Shown piece by piece: positions 24,305 to 37,225 of a DNA stretch of 64,000 nt. A program made the translations under genes and the position numbers. The number at the start of each line of letters is the position of its first letter. The stretch's first letter is position 1. The stretch is from NCBI GenBank assembly GCA_002256025.1, contig NKIB01005148.1, positions 1-64,000 on the forward strand, given 5' to 3'. The notes below the pieces were generated by a model. It was given only the letters and a program-made list of their open reading frames with translations, made no database searches and was not told where the DNA came from. The stretch comes from Asterionella formosa (taxonomy: Eukaryota).

Positions 24305-24626
24305 CGTTTCTAATCGTACAATATATACTATATATGTACATATAGTCTGTCGGGTTGGTAATAATAACAATGATTTGATTTTACTCAGGTCTCAGTATCG
24401 TTGAGGTAGTCGGCAACACAAGATAATTTCGGCTTCATTGTTTTCATTTTCGTAAAGTTCCTGCATTTGAACCCCTACCGGTAGGCAAAAATTAAAATAT
24501 TGCTTAGGGTTGCTGAAATTCCCTGGAAACACGAATTTCTATGGAATAATTTTGAACGCCATGATTCTATTTGAAATAACGGTATTTAAGTCATTGGAAA
24601 TTTGCGTGTATTTAAATTTACATAGA

Positions 24627-25281
24627 AGTTGAAACACAGAAGAATTCTTGATTCCTGATTCCCAGTTAGGTCTCCACTTTGCGTGAAGACAACATTTCCC
24701 TACTAGTCGTTGTGTTTGATGGAACAACGCACAATTAAATACCAAGGTTTATAACCTTCAGACATTTGATAAAGAACAATGTTGAAGGGCGAATTCTATC
24801 AAGTTTTCCCTATGTTTACCAAACAAACTTGGTAAACCCTAAACTACGAATGATTGGAGAGACAAATCAGTTCTGTCTAAAGCATTGAAGAACAATCGAA
24901 TCATCCTATTAAAGGATTGAGGAACAATCCAATCATCATATTGCAGATACCTGAAAAGTATCTCAGTAGAGGAACATCTATGTCCTAGAATCTATCTAGG
25001 CTAGATGGATATATATGTTACAAGGAAGAGGATGAAATCTACTTCCCTACAGCTGTAGGAACTTCGAAGAACCTCGCCTCCAAGGAACAAATAACAAATT
25101 CATTTCAGAAACATGTAGGAGTTGCCATGTTTCAATCGAAACTACATTTCAAAATTATATTTAGTTTAAGCTCACTCTTTTAGAAAACACACAAGTGAAA
25201 CTACTAAGATTGTCAACAGAATATTAAAATCGTAAATTGTACTCCGTGTACTCATACTACTCACCGAGTTGATTTCTAACT
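24627..25281 (+). repeat. 5' LTR of second Copia (AGTT...AACT)
   Basis: 24627-25044 matches 35490-35907; right end inferred at TTCTAACT (25281) because a copia-type PBS-like GGTTATTGCAGCCC follows. Confidence 0.75.
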
Positions 25282-25389
25282 GGTTATTGCAGCCCAATAC
25301 AGCTAAAGGTTTACAACAAGTTGGTTGTTTGGTTGTTACACACCGAAAATTGTGGGAGCAAAGAGTCAACACTTCTTTGCTACTCAGGC

Positions 25390-25780
25390 ACAAAGCGAAC
25401 CCCCCAAGTACAACAACCTACGCTGCGGTGGTACTGTGCCCAAAGCGACAACACCTACAGCTTGGACAAGACACAAGTCACAACTACATCGACGATATCA
25501 TCTACCAAGCACGTTCGCACCTACCATACTAATCTACACTTCTTTGCTAGTCAGGTACAAAGCGAACCCCACAAGTAAAACAGCTTATACTACGGCAGTA
25601 CCAAGTACCTGGTACTGTACAAAGCGAACCCCGCAAGTACAACAGCTTAACAGTACGGTGGTACCAAGTACCTGGTACTGTGCTTCACGCGAAGACAGCT
25701 GCCGGCACAGCCTGCATACCTGTTCAAGACTTCAACTGTACAACCGTACCAAGCGAACCCCGCCGGTAAAAGAAACAGAC
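25390..25780 (+). repeat. Four imperfect direct repeats in the Copia leader
   Basis: AAGCGAACCCC core at about 25393, 25560, 25622 and 25751; the middle two units extend through GTACCAAGTACCTGGTACTG (about 62-bp period). Confidence 0.8.
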
Positions 25781-25980
25781 ACTAGGTTCGATATCGTGTC
25801 CAACGCACGTGGTCTTCCTTTTTTTGTTTTGTTCTTTCTTTTTTTTGGTGCGTGTGTACAGAGCTTCAGTACAGTCTGGTGTTAAGGTTGCCCTTTTAAG
25901 TACAAACCTCGCAAGTACACCGGGGTACCTGGTACCTGGTACCTACACATACCATCGGCAAGGTACCTACCTGGTACAAC

Positions 25981-28900
25981 ATGATGTTGCAGGCAACTAA
26001 ATTTGGACACGTCACCCCAGAAGGACTTCGCTATTCTGGGGGCAGTTTGGATCGTCATTTTATTACTGAAATGTCTCCAATGTTTTCTCCGTATCAGCTA
26101 CGTACAGGAGATACCAAGGAAGTTCGTAGCCTATTTGACTACTGTACCAAAGAGAGGCGCAAGCTCTATAAGGGTCCCACTGGGGATACTACTAAGGACT
26201 ATACCTTGTATGAATTGGAATGTGTAATTCGTAAGGAAGCAGCCATGCTGGGGGTAGACACCTTTTTTTATGCTCCTGATGCAGAGGGTGAGATGTGGGA
26301 CATGGCCACTAATCACTCTAGGATCAAGTTTGCACAGGTCAAACTCTACATTGACAAATGCTTAGAAGTGGAACCTGTCCCAGTGTTTCTACCTAATGAT
26401 CCAGAAATAGAGACAGAAGAATCATATCATAACCAGGCAAAGGTATGGGATAATCAAGCAAGAGAAGATTCAGCACACCTGTGGAGGTTAATTGAATCGC
26501 ATGTAGATCCCAAGATCCTTACTGGTTTATATGAGCGACTGGAGGAATATGGTGATTGGGGTCCAGGTCTACTATTGTGGATGGCACTAATGGATGAGGT
26601 GACATCAGGTTCACCTCAACACATGGATAGTATAGTAGAACAATTTCGTAATCTGTCTCTTTCTAACTATCCTGGTGAAAATGTCTGCTTGCTCGTAAAT
26701 GACGTTCAGGCAACATATAATCTACTGAAGCATGGCAATGCCATGCCTGCTACCATTTCAAGCGTGGCCATTGCAAAGTTTCCATGTTGCAGTGTAGAAG
26801 AGTTCAGAACCCCGTTCTATTCAAAGTCTGTACAGGTAGATGATGAAGGGCGCTCCCTACTTGGTAAGGATGTAGGGACAATTCTGGCATTTCAGAGTAC
26901 TTCTCTGGGTGTAAGTCCTTATGCGAGTTGGCAATGTCCAGTTTTAAGCGTCTAGTTGATTATGACCGCTGGCCACCTCTGAAGACATTACCTAAGTTGC
27001 AGTCAGATGCCCTTCCCAATGCCTATCAAGCAGCAGTTGTTGAGGAATTAAAGCTGCTGTGTAGGAATCTAGGTAGTATTGAAGACTCTCCCGACATTTT
27101 TTGTTATAAGTGTGGAAAAAGGGGCCATATTAAGCCTAACTGTCCAGAAAATGATATGCCTGGAGGTGAATTCAAGAAGAAGGACTCAGGTCCAGAAAGG
27201 ATGAATTCCAAATGCTTCTGGAAGGACATTCCTCCTACTGATGGTTCTCTTAATACAATCAATAGGGACGGAAAAATATGGCATTGGTGCGCGAAATGTC
27301 ATGGCGGGGAAGGCCGTTGGTCCACTACACAGCACTCCACAGCCACCCACACAGGAAGCCAGCCAGTTAAAAACCAGGGTGCAGTAGCAGGTCTAGCTCA
27401 TGCAGTCCTCAACGTGGATGATGCACCAGAGGAGGACGCTACACTTGTTTTTACCCCTTTTGGATATGTTGCTGCCAGTAGTGAAGAGAATGTAGAATGG
27501 TTAAATGGTTAAATGTTGTCCGTGATTCGTTGCATGCTCAACAAGTCGACGCCAGTCTGAAATCCCCATGCGTGACTCCGCCACCATTGGGCCCAAATAG
27601 GACTACTATCCTCCCCACAGGCTACCTCTCTAGTACAGACGAAGACTGTGACATGTTCTTTGATTGTGAATCAGATGTCCATGATGATGAATTCACAGAA
27701 ATGATGGAAGTGGAACAGATTAGCTTAGTCCGTGCAGTCTTGTCTGGTCGCATTTACTGCTCTACTAGTGAGGCAAGTGACTCCGATGATGAATTGGGTA
27801 ATGAGGACCACGATGATCACACGTGGTTCACTAGTACCTTCTGAGTTGCCTGCCAGCAGCGATGCGTCACTGTTGGCCCTACAAATTTACATGAAACCGA
27901 CAGTAAACTACATGAAATATATACACCAGAAATAAATATATTAAGTTCTAATGAAAAAATAAAACCAAATGAAATGGATTCAAACACCATGTTCAACAAC
28001 AAAGATGAACATTTCTCCGTTATTTGGGATACTGGGGCAACACGCCCCGTAAGCGCATATAAGAGAGATTTTGTTGGGGAGTTATCAATTCCCAAGGCAC
28101 CATTACGCCTGGGAGGGATTGCTTCAGGCCTTGGTGCTGTAGAAGGCATAGGCACTGTCCACTGGACTTTTCTATCTGACGATGGACGTTTGTTGCACCT
28201 GTATCTGAATACATACTATGTTCCTCAGTGTACACAGCGTCTTCTATCAGCACCCCAACAAATATTCTCTAAAGAACAAGGTTTTACCGGTCAGTTTGTC
28301 ATACTGGATGACTACTATGCCCAGCTACTGATAGATGGTAAACCACCTTTAACTATTTACTATGACCCAGTCAATGACTTGCCAACAAGTCGAGCAATTC
28401 GTTCTGCTACTGCAGGCCAACGAGAGGAGTTCATATATCTATGCGTCACCGAAGACCGCAATCAGAATTTAACAGAGGCACAGAAGGAGTATCTGCGTTG
28501 GCACTACAAACTGGGACATTTGGGCTCTGCTACAATACAGTGGTTATTACGACAACCGTCATTTGGTAACAATCTCAAGAGTCGAGCAGCTGCCCGTTGC
28601 ACTGCACCTAAGTGTGCAGCATGTGAGTACGGTAAGGCCCATAGAAAACATTTAAAAGCCGCAATCAGAATTCCTTCGCCTGAGAGGGAGGGAAATGTCA
28701 AGTCTGGTGATCTATATCCAGGCTCAGGAGTGTCTGTGGACCATTTTGAATCCTGTGTCCTCGGACGACAATATTCTTCACGAGGAAAATCACAAGATTC
28801 TTGCATGTATAAAGGGGGCTGTATTTTTGTGGATCACGCATCAGGCCTTCTTTATGTCCACCATCAGGTGGGATTTTCGGCAACCGAAACACTCACTGGA

Positions 28901-29996
28901 AAGCAGCAGTTCGAGAATTGGGCTTACAATCACGGTGTTCTTGTTGCATTCTATATGACTGATAACGGAACATTCGGCGCTAAGGAGTTTGTTGACGCAA
29001 TTATTGTGCGAGGACAACAAGCAAGTTAAATACTGTGGAGTTGGTGCACACCACCAGAACGGTGTTGCTGAAAGAAGCATACGCACTGTATCCAATATGG
29101 CACAAGTCATGATGCTACATGCATCTATAAGATGGCCTGAAACTGCTGATGCAACCCTATAGCCTATGGCAGTTGATTATGCTGCGCATGTCTATAACCA
29201 TGTCCCAGGCATACGAAAAGGTCAGTCACCAGTGGATATATTTACTGGGTCTCTAATACCCAGGCATGGTCTTAAGGATTTACATGTGTGGGGCTGTCCA
29301 TCAAAGATGCAAAATGGCATGAAACTGCCCAGATGGGAACCAAGATCTCGGCGTGCTCTGTTTGTGGGAATGTCCCCTAATCACAGTAGCAACGTGCCCC
29401 TGGTACTAAACTTGAAGACTGGAAGTATATCACCTCAATTTCATGTGGTGTTCGATGACTTCTTTTCTACAGTGATGTCCATTCCAGAGGGAGATGACCC
29501 CACAGCATACTGGAAGAATATTTTCAACGAATCACGCTTTCAGGCGTATTTTGATGAACATGATTTGCCTACCTTACAGGAGGAATGGACCGAAAACGAT
29601 GATTCCTACCTAGACAAGAAACGTCATATGGAGGCTAAGGTGTTACCCACCATGGGTCTAAACAGAGATGAGACGCCGTCTTATCTTCAGAGGGAGTCAC
29701 CAATGCAGGTGACTATGACACAAGAAAGAGGGTCACCATTGTCTCCTGGTGTTGCTGTACTTTCGCCCATTGAGATACAGAGTGTACCAGCACGGATTGA
29801 TGCAGTGGATGCTAATAAGTGGCTGCATAGGCTACCACCCACTAGATTGGTACAAGAATCGGCAGTGACCATTCCACCAGGAACAGTAGTGTCACGGGAA
29901 CCACAAGAGAACATTCCGCAAGGAACAGGAGTGGAGCAAGAACACGTGGAGATGCTGTCCCAAATGTCTACTTGCCCACCACAGAGGCGTAGCTAG
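25981..29996 (+). pseudogene. Copia gag-protease-integrase, frameshifted
   Basis: ORFs 25981-26955, 26928-27512, 27497-27844, 27974-29029 and 29166-29996 with domain motifs in Copia order. Confidence 0.9.
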
Positions 29997-30339
29997 CATC
30001 AGAACAAACAGAGTACCGCAACGCTTTACTCCTGGTCTACGTGGGCACAACGGTTATCTTGCAGGGTCATTTCTATCTAGTCGAAGTGAGCAGTATCTGG
30101 AAGATCGCGGTTTCCACCAATCCAAATTGGATCCATGTTTCTTTATTCACCCAGATATGGTGTACCTAAACTATGTAGATGATGATGGGATACTAATTGG
30201 AAAAAATGGTCCCAAGATTGAATCCATGATTGATGATCTCAGTACAACACTTGAGCTAACAAGAGAAGGAGACCTTTCGGCTTTCTTGGGAATACAAATT
30301 GATAAGATTGAGAATGGCTCTTTAATGCTGACACAGGAA

Positions 30340-33300
30340 TGTCTGCAAATAAAAACCATCATATTTCCATGATGCATCATAGGATTATGATCATCTGATC
30401 ATAATTTTTCGTTACATCATCTAATAATTTTGATGAATGCCCTTGTAATTTAAATAGTAACCCTTTTGACTATGGAAATTTAATTATTATATGTATTGTT
30501 TCTTTTAGGTTCCTTTATTTAAATTTCTTGGTAGGATAATGTACCAGTGAAAGTAATGTGGTTTGGCTCACCATTCTCTCCAGTCCTCACTCTGATTCTT
30601 GCAACAACGACAAAGCAGCCATGTCGAGAGGAACGAGATTTTGTGATAAAATCTTCATTTGTCGTTCAAGTCATCATATGTCTTCGATGAATCATCATCT
30701 ACATTGCACAGTATGTTCGTACTATGAAATCCGTTAGGAGCTTGAAAAGAAATCCAATGAAAACGAAATGGCTCATCACACAAGACGAATATTTCCGGCC
30801 GGTCTGTCACTGGAGCATCGGTCAGTGTTACAACCTCAATCATAGCTAGTAAACAACATCCATTATAGAACAGCACAATCTACTTTTCCGTAACATCGTC
30901 TCTCTAACAAGAACGTAATACATCTAGAATTGAAACGCAGCATAGCAGGCGATATGCACAAAGAAGCATGAGACTGTGCCGTCTGTTTATAGTAACAGAG
31001 TGATTCTGGTTTCGTAATTTTCATGTCTCATTAGATTTTCTTTGTCATCGTACTAGTTCCTTACCTTTGAAGACAGGAGCGTATTCTTTGATGTATCTGG
31101 AATATTTCAATGGATGGCAGCAGTTGGATTTAGACACAAATCTCGACAAAAGCACTAGTACCTTGTAGATGTTCATGAAAAGCGAGACACTTTGCTTGGC
31201 CTATCGCCCACCAGCCAGTCTATACTGCAAAAATGCAAGAAGCAAGCACAAGTTGAAAGTCCATTTATGGATTCAAGTTTCAGTAGTGCAACAATGTAAA
31301 ATATTAGAAACCGGAAGTCACATTTCATCTAATTACGGTTTTCATTAGCTATACTAGCTACTAGCTAGTATTGATTGAGAGGAAGGAATGGTAGAATGGC
31401 TGCCAAACGGGCGGGGGCAAACACAGAGAATCCTACTAATTTTTCTCCCCAATGATCCCAGACCCTTCTTGAATGTCACCTGCTACAGAAAATGAAGAAC
31501 AGCCGCCATGATCTGTTGATTGTTGCTTTATGGTGCCACTGACCGAAACCTCCAGAAATCTCAATGAGTTGCTTGTTTCTTGACTTGAATGCAAAAAAGA
31601 TCGAAACCAGTGGAAAAATCAAAACAAGGGAACTAAAATGCTCTGCAAACATCATCAGGACAATTGTGAAAGAGAAATGAAGGTTCTTGGGAGGAGAAGT
31701 AAAGGGATAATTGCTTCTGCTGGTCTTGCGGGAACAAGAATAGATTGACCCAAACAATGTTGACAAATAGGTACCTACGGAAAAAGGAAGCAATGCTTTC
31801 AGCATCATCAATCTATACACAAGCCTGCGCCACCTGATGTCGTCAGTATGGCTACCTCGACTTCATCAATGAAGAAGTCAATAGGTGGAGCATGTGAGGA
31901 AAATCGGGGTTGAGGTTTTCTTGACGCCAACGTGGATCTGCTTGGCTGAACTCCTTGCAGATGAAGGCATTGAGTAACCTGGGCCTGTGAAGCCGAAGGA
32001 TAAAGAAAAATCTACGACAAGGGTGGTGAGATAGTGTTTAGGAGGGGGGAGCAAAAGATATCATAGCTGAACGCATTCGAAACTTGTATAGACAATAAAT
32101 GGTGGTATGCCATGGCTGCTCTTGGCTGACAGCTGCCAAGTCAAGTACAAACACAATGAGGGTGCACAAAAGACAGTCCAATTTTAATCGACTGGCTGAT
32201 AACTAGTTGTGAGACTCACCATTCTCAAATGGGGTGGACTTTGATCATTGCTTCGTTCAAAGCACAATCAATTCGAATGCTGTCCAGTGAAACAGCCAAT
32301 GAAAACAATTGTGGCGAAAAAGCGCAGAACAGATCAAGAGATTTCATAGGAATTAAAATAACAGCAGCAGGGCATATCTGATGCACTGCTCCTTGTGTAG
32401 ACTAGCTATATTTGATCATTTCCATATTTCATACTATACAGGTGCATGGATCACTCCTCCTGCCCTTTCATTAGAGATGCAGCCATGTTGCGATAATTCT
32501 ACAGGGCCTATAGGATTGGTAGTCTGGTGGTCATCATTTCCGCATTGTATATACCAGTAGGAGTCACCATGTATGCATGCATGCTGCGATAATTCTTACA
32601 AGACATAAAAATTTGGTAGCTTGGGGGTTAACACTTCCGTACTGTATACAGGGGGAGGAAGGGGTTGCATGCATGAGCAACTACTCCGGTATAAACTAGG
32701 ATCTTTAATCAATGAATTTAGATTCGTTTATCCTATAACTTTGATCATAACATATTGATCATATGATGAACGGTGTCGTTGATGAGAAAATGAACAATCA
32801 ACATTTATTTTCAAGAATCAGGATTGATTGATCTTATAAATATGATCAAATGATCCTAAACACATGAGCATATTCAGTTTTCTGCTGCACTATTGTGGCA
32901 TTTCCATGATGGAAGTAATTACCAGCAATTATACAGGACTACCGGTAGGCCATATGAATTTTGGTCAATATTTCTATATACATAAATGTATGATTTCGAC
33001 AATTTGAAAATTTGGTGATGACTCCCGTTTATTAAGGGGCTTAATTAAATCAGCCACTGACTTGTAGGTACAAGAATTGACACAAAACAAATTGAAAAAA
33101 CTCAACAGGTCGTGGAAAACTATGAACTCATCATGCATTGTATATATTTGAATTATGTATAATCAAAATTGATTAAAGTATACACAGGATGTGCCGTATC
33201 ATGAGGGTGTTTCAAACTATGAGAATGTTCAACTATATATACATTTAAACTTCTTACAAATCTTTATATATATGTATTCATGGCTGAAACATTTGAAATC

Positions 33301-34651
33301 ATGTTTTCATGTGGTTCCTTGTCATGCATACACTTTGCTCTTGAATTGAAGGATTAACACAGATGATGACGCTGAAAACGAAAGTGATAATATAGCACAA
33401 TGAGCGATACTTGTGGCTTAGAAGAGAAGGGCGGAATCAATTAATGGTAAGTCAAGAGCAAATGCCTTTCATGTTCCTTGTCATGCTGCATCCACTTCCT
33501 GAAATGAAGGATCTCAAACAACGAAAAACTGAAGTAACAATACATCATGCGGCTAAGAAGGAGTGAATATGATGGGCGGAGAAGGGCGGAATCAACAAGC
33601 TGTGTATAGTATCACAGCATGTCAAGAGCATATGCCAGGATGATCAATTGTTGCTGGGATTACAAATACGGAATGACTCGTCCCCTTTCAGTGATTCAAT
33701 TGCTCCTTTTCGATTTGGTGACTGGCCAACCATCAATGGCTGTGGACAAAAAGAAATCGGTAAGTGCTGCCTATCAGCCATCTTTGGATCAATCTACAAA
33801 TGTTAGAAAAACTGACACATGTGTGTTGCTTCTTTCAGGATAATGGTAGACAAACAGTAATTTTAAGTTACAAACAGCAGTGTTGGAGCCCATTTATTGA
33901 TCGATACTTTGCTTCTCATTCAATCTTCGACTGACACATTCTTCTACAGAAATATGCATCAGTTACTTCCTCAATTTGTGGTAAGTGAAGCAAGATAGAA
34001 GCGAAATGAATGTTGTTGTGTAACCAAAACATGAACAGCTAACAATGAATTGCTTCTCTTTGTTAGTATGATTGGGACAACGAAAGGGATTAAATAGTAA
34101 TAGGAAAATGCGTGAATGCAAACTCAGAACAACCCTCAGGAGTAGCTAAATGGAACAAAGCAAGCAGGGGAACAACGGCAAGGCAACCAGCACAACAACC
34201 TTCAGAATTGGATTGGGGGAGGGGGAGGTGGAAGTGAAAGCGGCACCAACAATCATTGCGATGAGAGCATTGTAGAACATTCTGTAGCCACTTAAGATAT
34301 GATAGACTCATAGAACCATTCTTAGCTAAATATCGTACCAAATATCGATCAATTTCATCCTATTTTAGACAGTGATATTGATGAGAATAACGATCATGCT
34401 AAGATAGATGTATGACAAAAGTATACACATCATCATATGACCATGTTTAACTAATTATATGATGCAATGGTATTATAACTATGATAGTATCATCATACTT
34501 CAAGGTCGGTAAATGTTTACTGCATGATCATAATTATATGATACATTGATCATATTTTTGATCGAAAAACTATCATATATGTGAAAATCCTGTGCCACTT
34601 AGCGTACAATACCCTTGATCATATTTTCATGACATTTTTTATTTACAGATG
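30340..34651. mobile_element. 4.3-kb TIR DNA transposon-like insertion in the Copia RT
   Basis: Left end TGTCTGCAAATAAAAA and right end TTTTTATTTACAGATG form imperfect TIRs; removing the insert and one AA restores ...CAG GAA GGC... (LMLTQEG); many ATGATCA-type subterminal motifs. Confidence 0.8.
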
Positions 34652-34653
34652 AA

Positions 34654-35460
34654 GGCCCAATCAGCAAGCGAGTGTTAGAAGCTACAAAAATGCAAGAATG
34701 CAGACCCACAATGACACCAGCTGTCAAGGATACATTGGGTGCAGATGTTGATGGAGAACCGGCAGAAGAACAATGGAACTATAGGTCCGTGGTGGGAATG
34801 CTATTATACTTGGCATCAAACTCGCGACCAGACATAGCCTTTGCAGTACATCAGTGTGCTCGTTTCTCCCATTGTCCTATGGTATCACATGAAGGGGCAA
34901 TTAAGAGGATCTGCCGCTATCTGAAAGGAACTATGAAAGAAGGAATTGTTTTCACACCTTCTGAGGAACTTGCAATAGATTGCTATGTAGATTCTGACTT
35001 TGCGGGTTTGTATGGTACTGAGGATTCTCATGATCCGATTTGCGCTAAGTCCAGGACAGGATACGTCATAACGTGAGCAGGATGTCCGCTACTACGGGTA
35101 TCAAAGCTACAGACCACTATAGCTCTATCTACTATGGAAGCAGAATACCAGGCTTTATCAGCAAGTTGTCGGGACCTAATCTCATTAAGACATATTTGCA
35201 AGGAAGCCTCGGATGCCCTGAAGATAAATGGACCTTTCATAGTATGATCACACTCGAAGAGATATGAAGATAAAAGTGCATGTTTGTCTCAAGCAACAAT
35301 GCCCAAAATGACGCCACGTACAAAACATATAGCAGTGGCTAATCATTGGTTTCGAGAATATGTATTGTCGGGAGACATTGAAGTCTTGAAAATTGATACT
35401 ACGAAGCAAGGGCTTGGTAGCAGAAAGATTTACAGCAATACCCAAGCTGCTGCGTGGTTG
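34654..35460 (+). pseudogene. Copia RT C-terminus and RNase H, degenerate
   Basis: WNYRSVVGMLLYLASNSRPDIAFAVHQCARF, CYVDSDFAG, KSRTGYVI, PRTKHIAV. Confidence 0.9.
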
Positions 35461-35489
35461 GTAAGCAGCTTTCTTCTGCTGAGAGGGAG

Positions 35490-35907
35490 AGTTGAAACAC
35501 AGAAGAATTCTTGATTCCTGATTCCCAGTTAGGTCTCCACTTTGCGTGAAGACAACATTTCCCTACTAGTCGTTGTGTTTGATGGAACAACGCACAATTA
35601 AATACCAAGGTTTATAACCTTCAGACATTTGATAAAGAACAATGTTGAAGGGCGAATTCTATCAAGTTTTCCCTATGTTTACCAAACAAACTTGGTAAAC
35701 CCTAAACTACGAATGATTGGAGAGACAAATCAGTTCTGTCTAAAGCATTGAAGAACAATCAAATCATCCTATTAAAGGATTGAGGAACAATCCAATCATC
35801 ATATTGCAGATACCTGAAAAGTATCTCAGTAGAGGAACATCTATGTCCTAGAATCTATCTAGGCTAGATGGATATATATGTTACAAGGAAGAGGATGTAA
35901 TCTACTT
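35490..35907 (+). repeat. 3' LTR of second Copia, apparently truncated
   Basis: 418-bp match to 24627-25044 with two mismatches seen by eye; preceded by a PPT. Confidence 0.92.
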
Positions 35908-36099
35908 GAAGTGAGTTGGTGTGAAATAACAAATAGAATTTCATTTTTAAATGTTCTAACAAATCAACCACAAAAACAGCGACAGCAACTAGTCATGAGA
36001 AAATCATGGCATGTTCCAGTCATGGCCGCCTCATTTCCGAAATTGGAGATGGTGGTAAAGGAGGACGAAATATAGTTGCTGATGAAAATTAGAATTGGT

Positions 36100-37225
36100 G
36101 TTCCTCTGAAATGCCTTTTCTTCCCATACAACGCACAATCACATCACCAATTGAAACAGAATCTCAACTGAACAGGAATCAAATAATCGACTATAATGCA
36201 TTGTCGAAATTGCTGCAGGAAGATCTGTGTTGCAAAAGTTGTGTTAAAAAATTTGTAAAAGAATATTTCCAACAATCTCTTTGTGACTTTGTAACTTAGT
36301 TTATATCAAATTGAGCGAAAAAAAGCTGTCCATCGAACAGCAATGTGAAGCATTTCTGGACCAGGATGTGTTTGACTTTCCATTTCAACAATGAACTTAC
36401 AAACCATTGATTGTTGTCCCTACCGAAAATTATGGCTTGGCAAGCGAATTCAAAGTCTCCTGTTTGACCTTTCAGAAACTGATTTCTAAACTAGGTAGAA
36501 TCTGCAAGAAGCAACAGCAATGGAGACAGAAATGATGAGATCAGAAATAATGCAATAGAAGGAAAACAAATTTCTATCAACAAGCAGTTTCTTTTAGGTA
36601 GCCACGAAGTCGGAATGGGACTGGCTGATGCAATATCATCTGCTCCGTGCTCCGCAATGAACTTACCACTTACCTTTGGATTTTGGTCTACGCAAAGTAA
36701 TTTCGGTGTTGTAAAGGAAGTGGTCAGAAAGGCTGAAGTTGCTGCAACCGCTCTTGCAATGAAAGAGGCGTGTCCTCAGGAAGTAATATCATATCAGAAA
36801 CTCAATGTGCATGAACAAGGAGACTGGCTGGGCTGACAAAGGACAACGTGATTTTCAGTGGCGGAACAATCTTACTGGTACAGATCGCTTGTCTGTAATC
36901 AAAATGCCATGACTTCTCACCATTATTTAGACTATGATCTGGCAGCAGTGGTCCAGCGGGAATAAGTACAACTCTGTAAGTGGACAAGCTTTTTGTATTG
37001 GTGGCTATACGAAAAAGATACTAGACTACAGAGTGAAATCTTAAGTCTGCAATGTGTGCGACAGGTCTATATGGTACAAGAAACCAATCAAGGAACATGT
37101 TTGCCCCAAGAATCACATAATTGGTAGTTCGAAGGCAATGGAACCAGATGCCAGTGTAGAAATAATGATTGATGCAGTTATGAAAAACAATGTTGTCTAC
37201 TCTACAATCATCTGAGATGATGAAG
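36100..37225 (+). pseudogene. Decayed Mutator-like (PF20700-type) transposase remnant
   Basis: Fragmented peptides LCCKSC, GLASEF, INKQFLLG, CNVC, CPKNHIIGSSKAMEPDASVEIM and VVYSTII*DD, resembling the CxKNxxGSSxxME...DGD family. Confidence 0.6.

Larger units (their letters stand above)
24627..35907 (+). mobile_element. Ty1/Copia LTR retrotransposon (second diatom lineage), non-autonomous, with nested insertion
   Basis: Paired LTRs; gag zinc knuckle CYKCGKRGHIKPNC, protease VIWDTGAT, LRWHYKLGH/CAACEYGK, integrase VSVDH...TDNG...ERSI, RT YVDD, RNase H CYVDSDFAG; PPT GAGAGGGAG at 35481-35489. Confidence 0.95.

Noticed and set aside
25390..25780. CRISPR-like repeat-spacer array
   Set aside because: Repeats are imperfect and irregularly spaced, the intervening sequences are related to each other, they sit in a retrotransposon leader, and there are no cas genes in this eukaryotic DNA
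25325..25885. 186-aa ORF upstream of gag
   Set aside because: Non-ATG start, made of leader repeats, no recognisable domain
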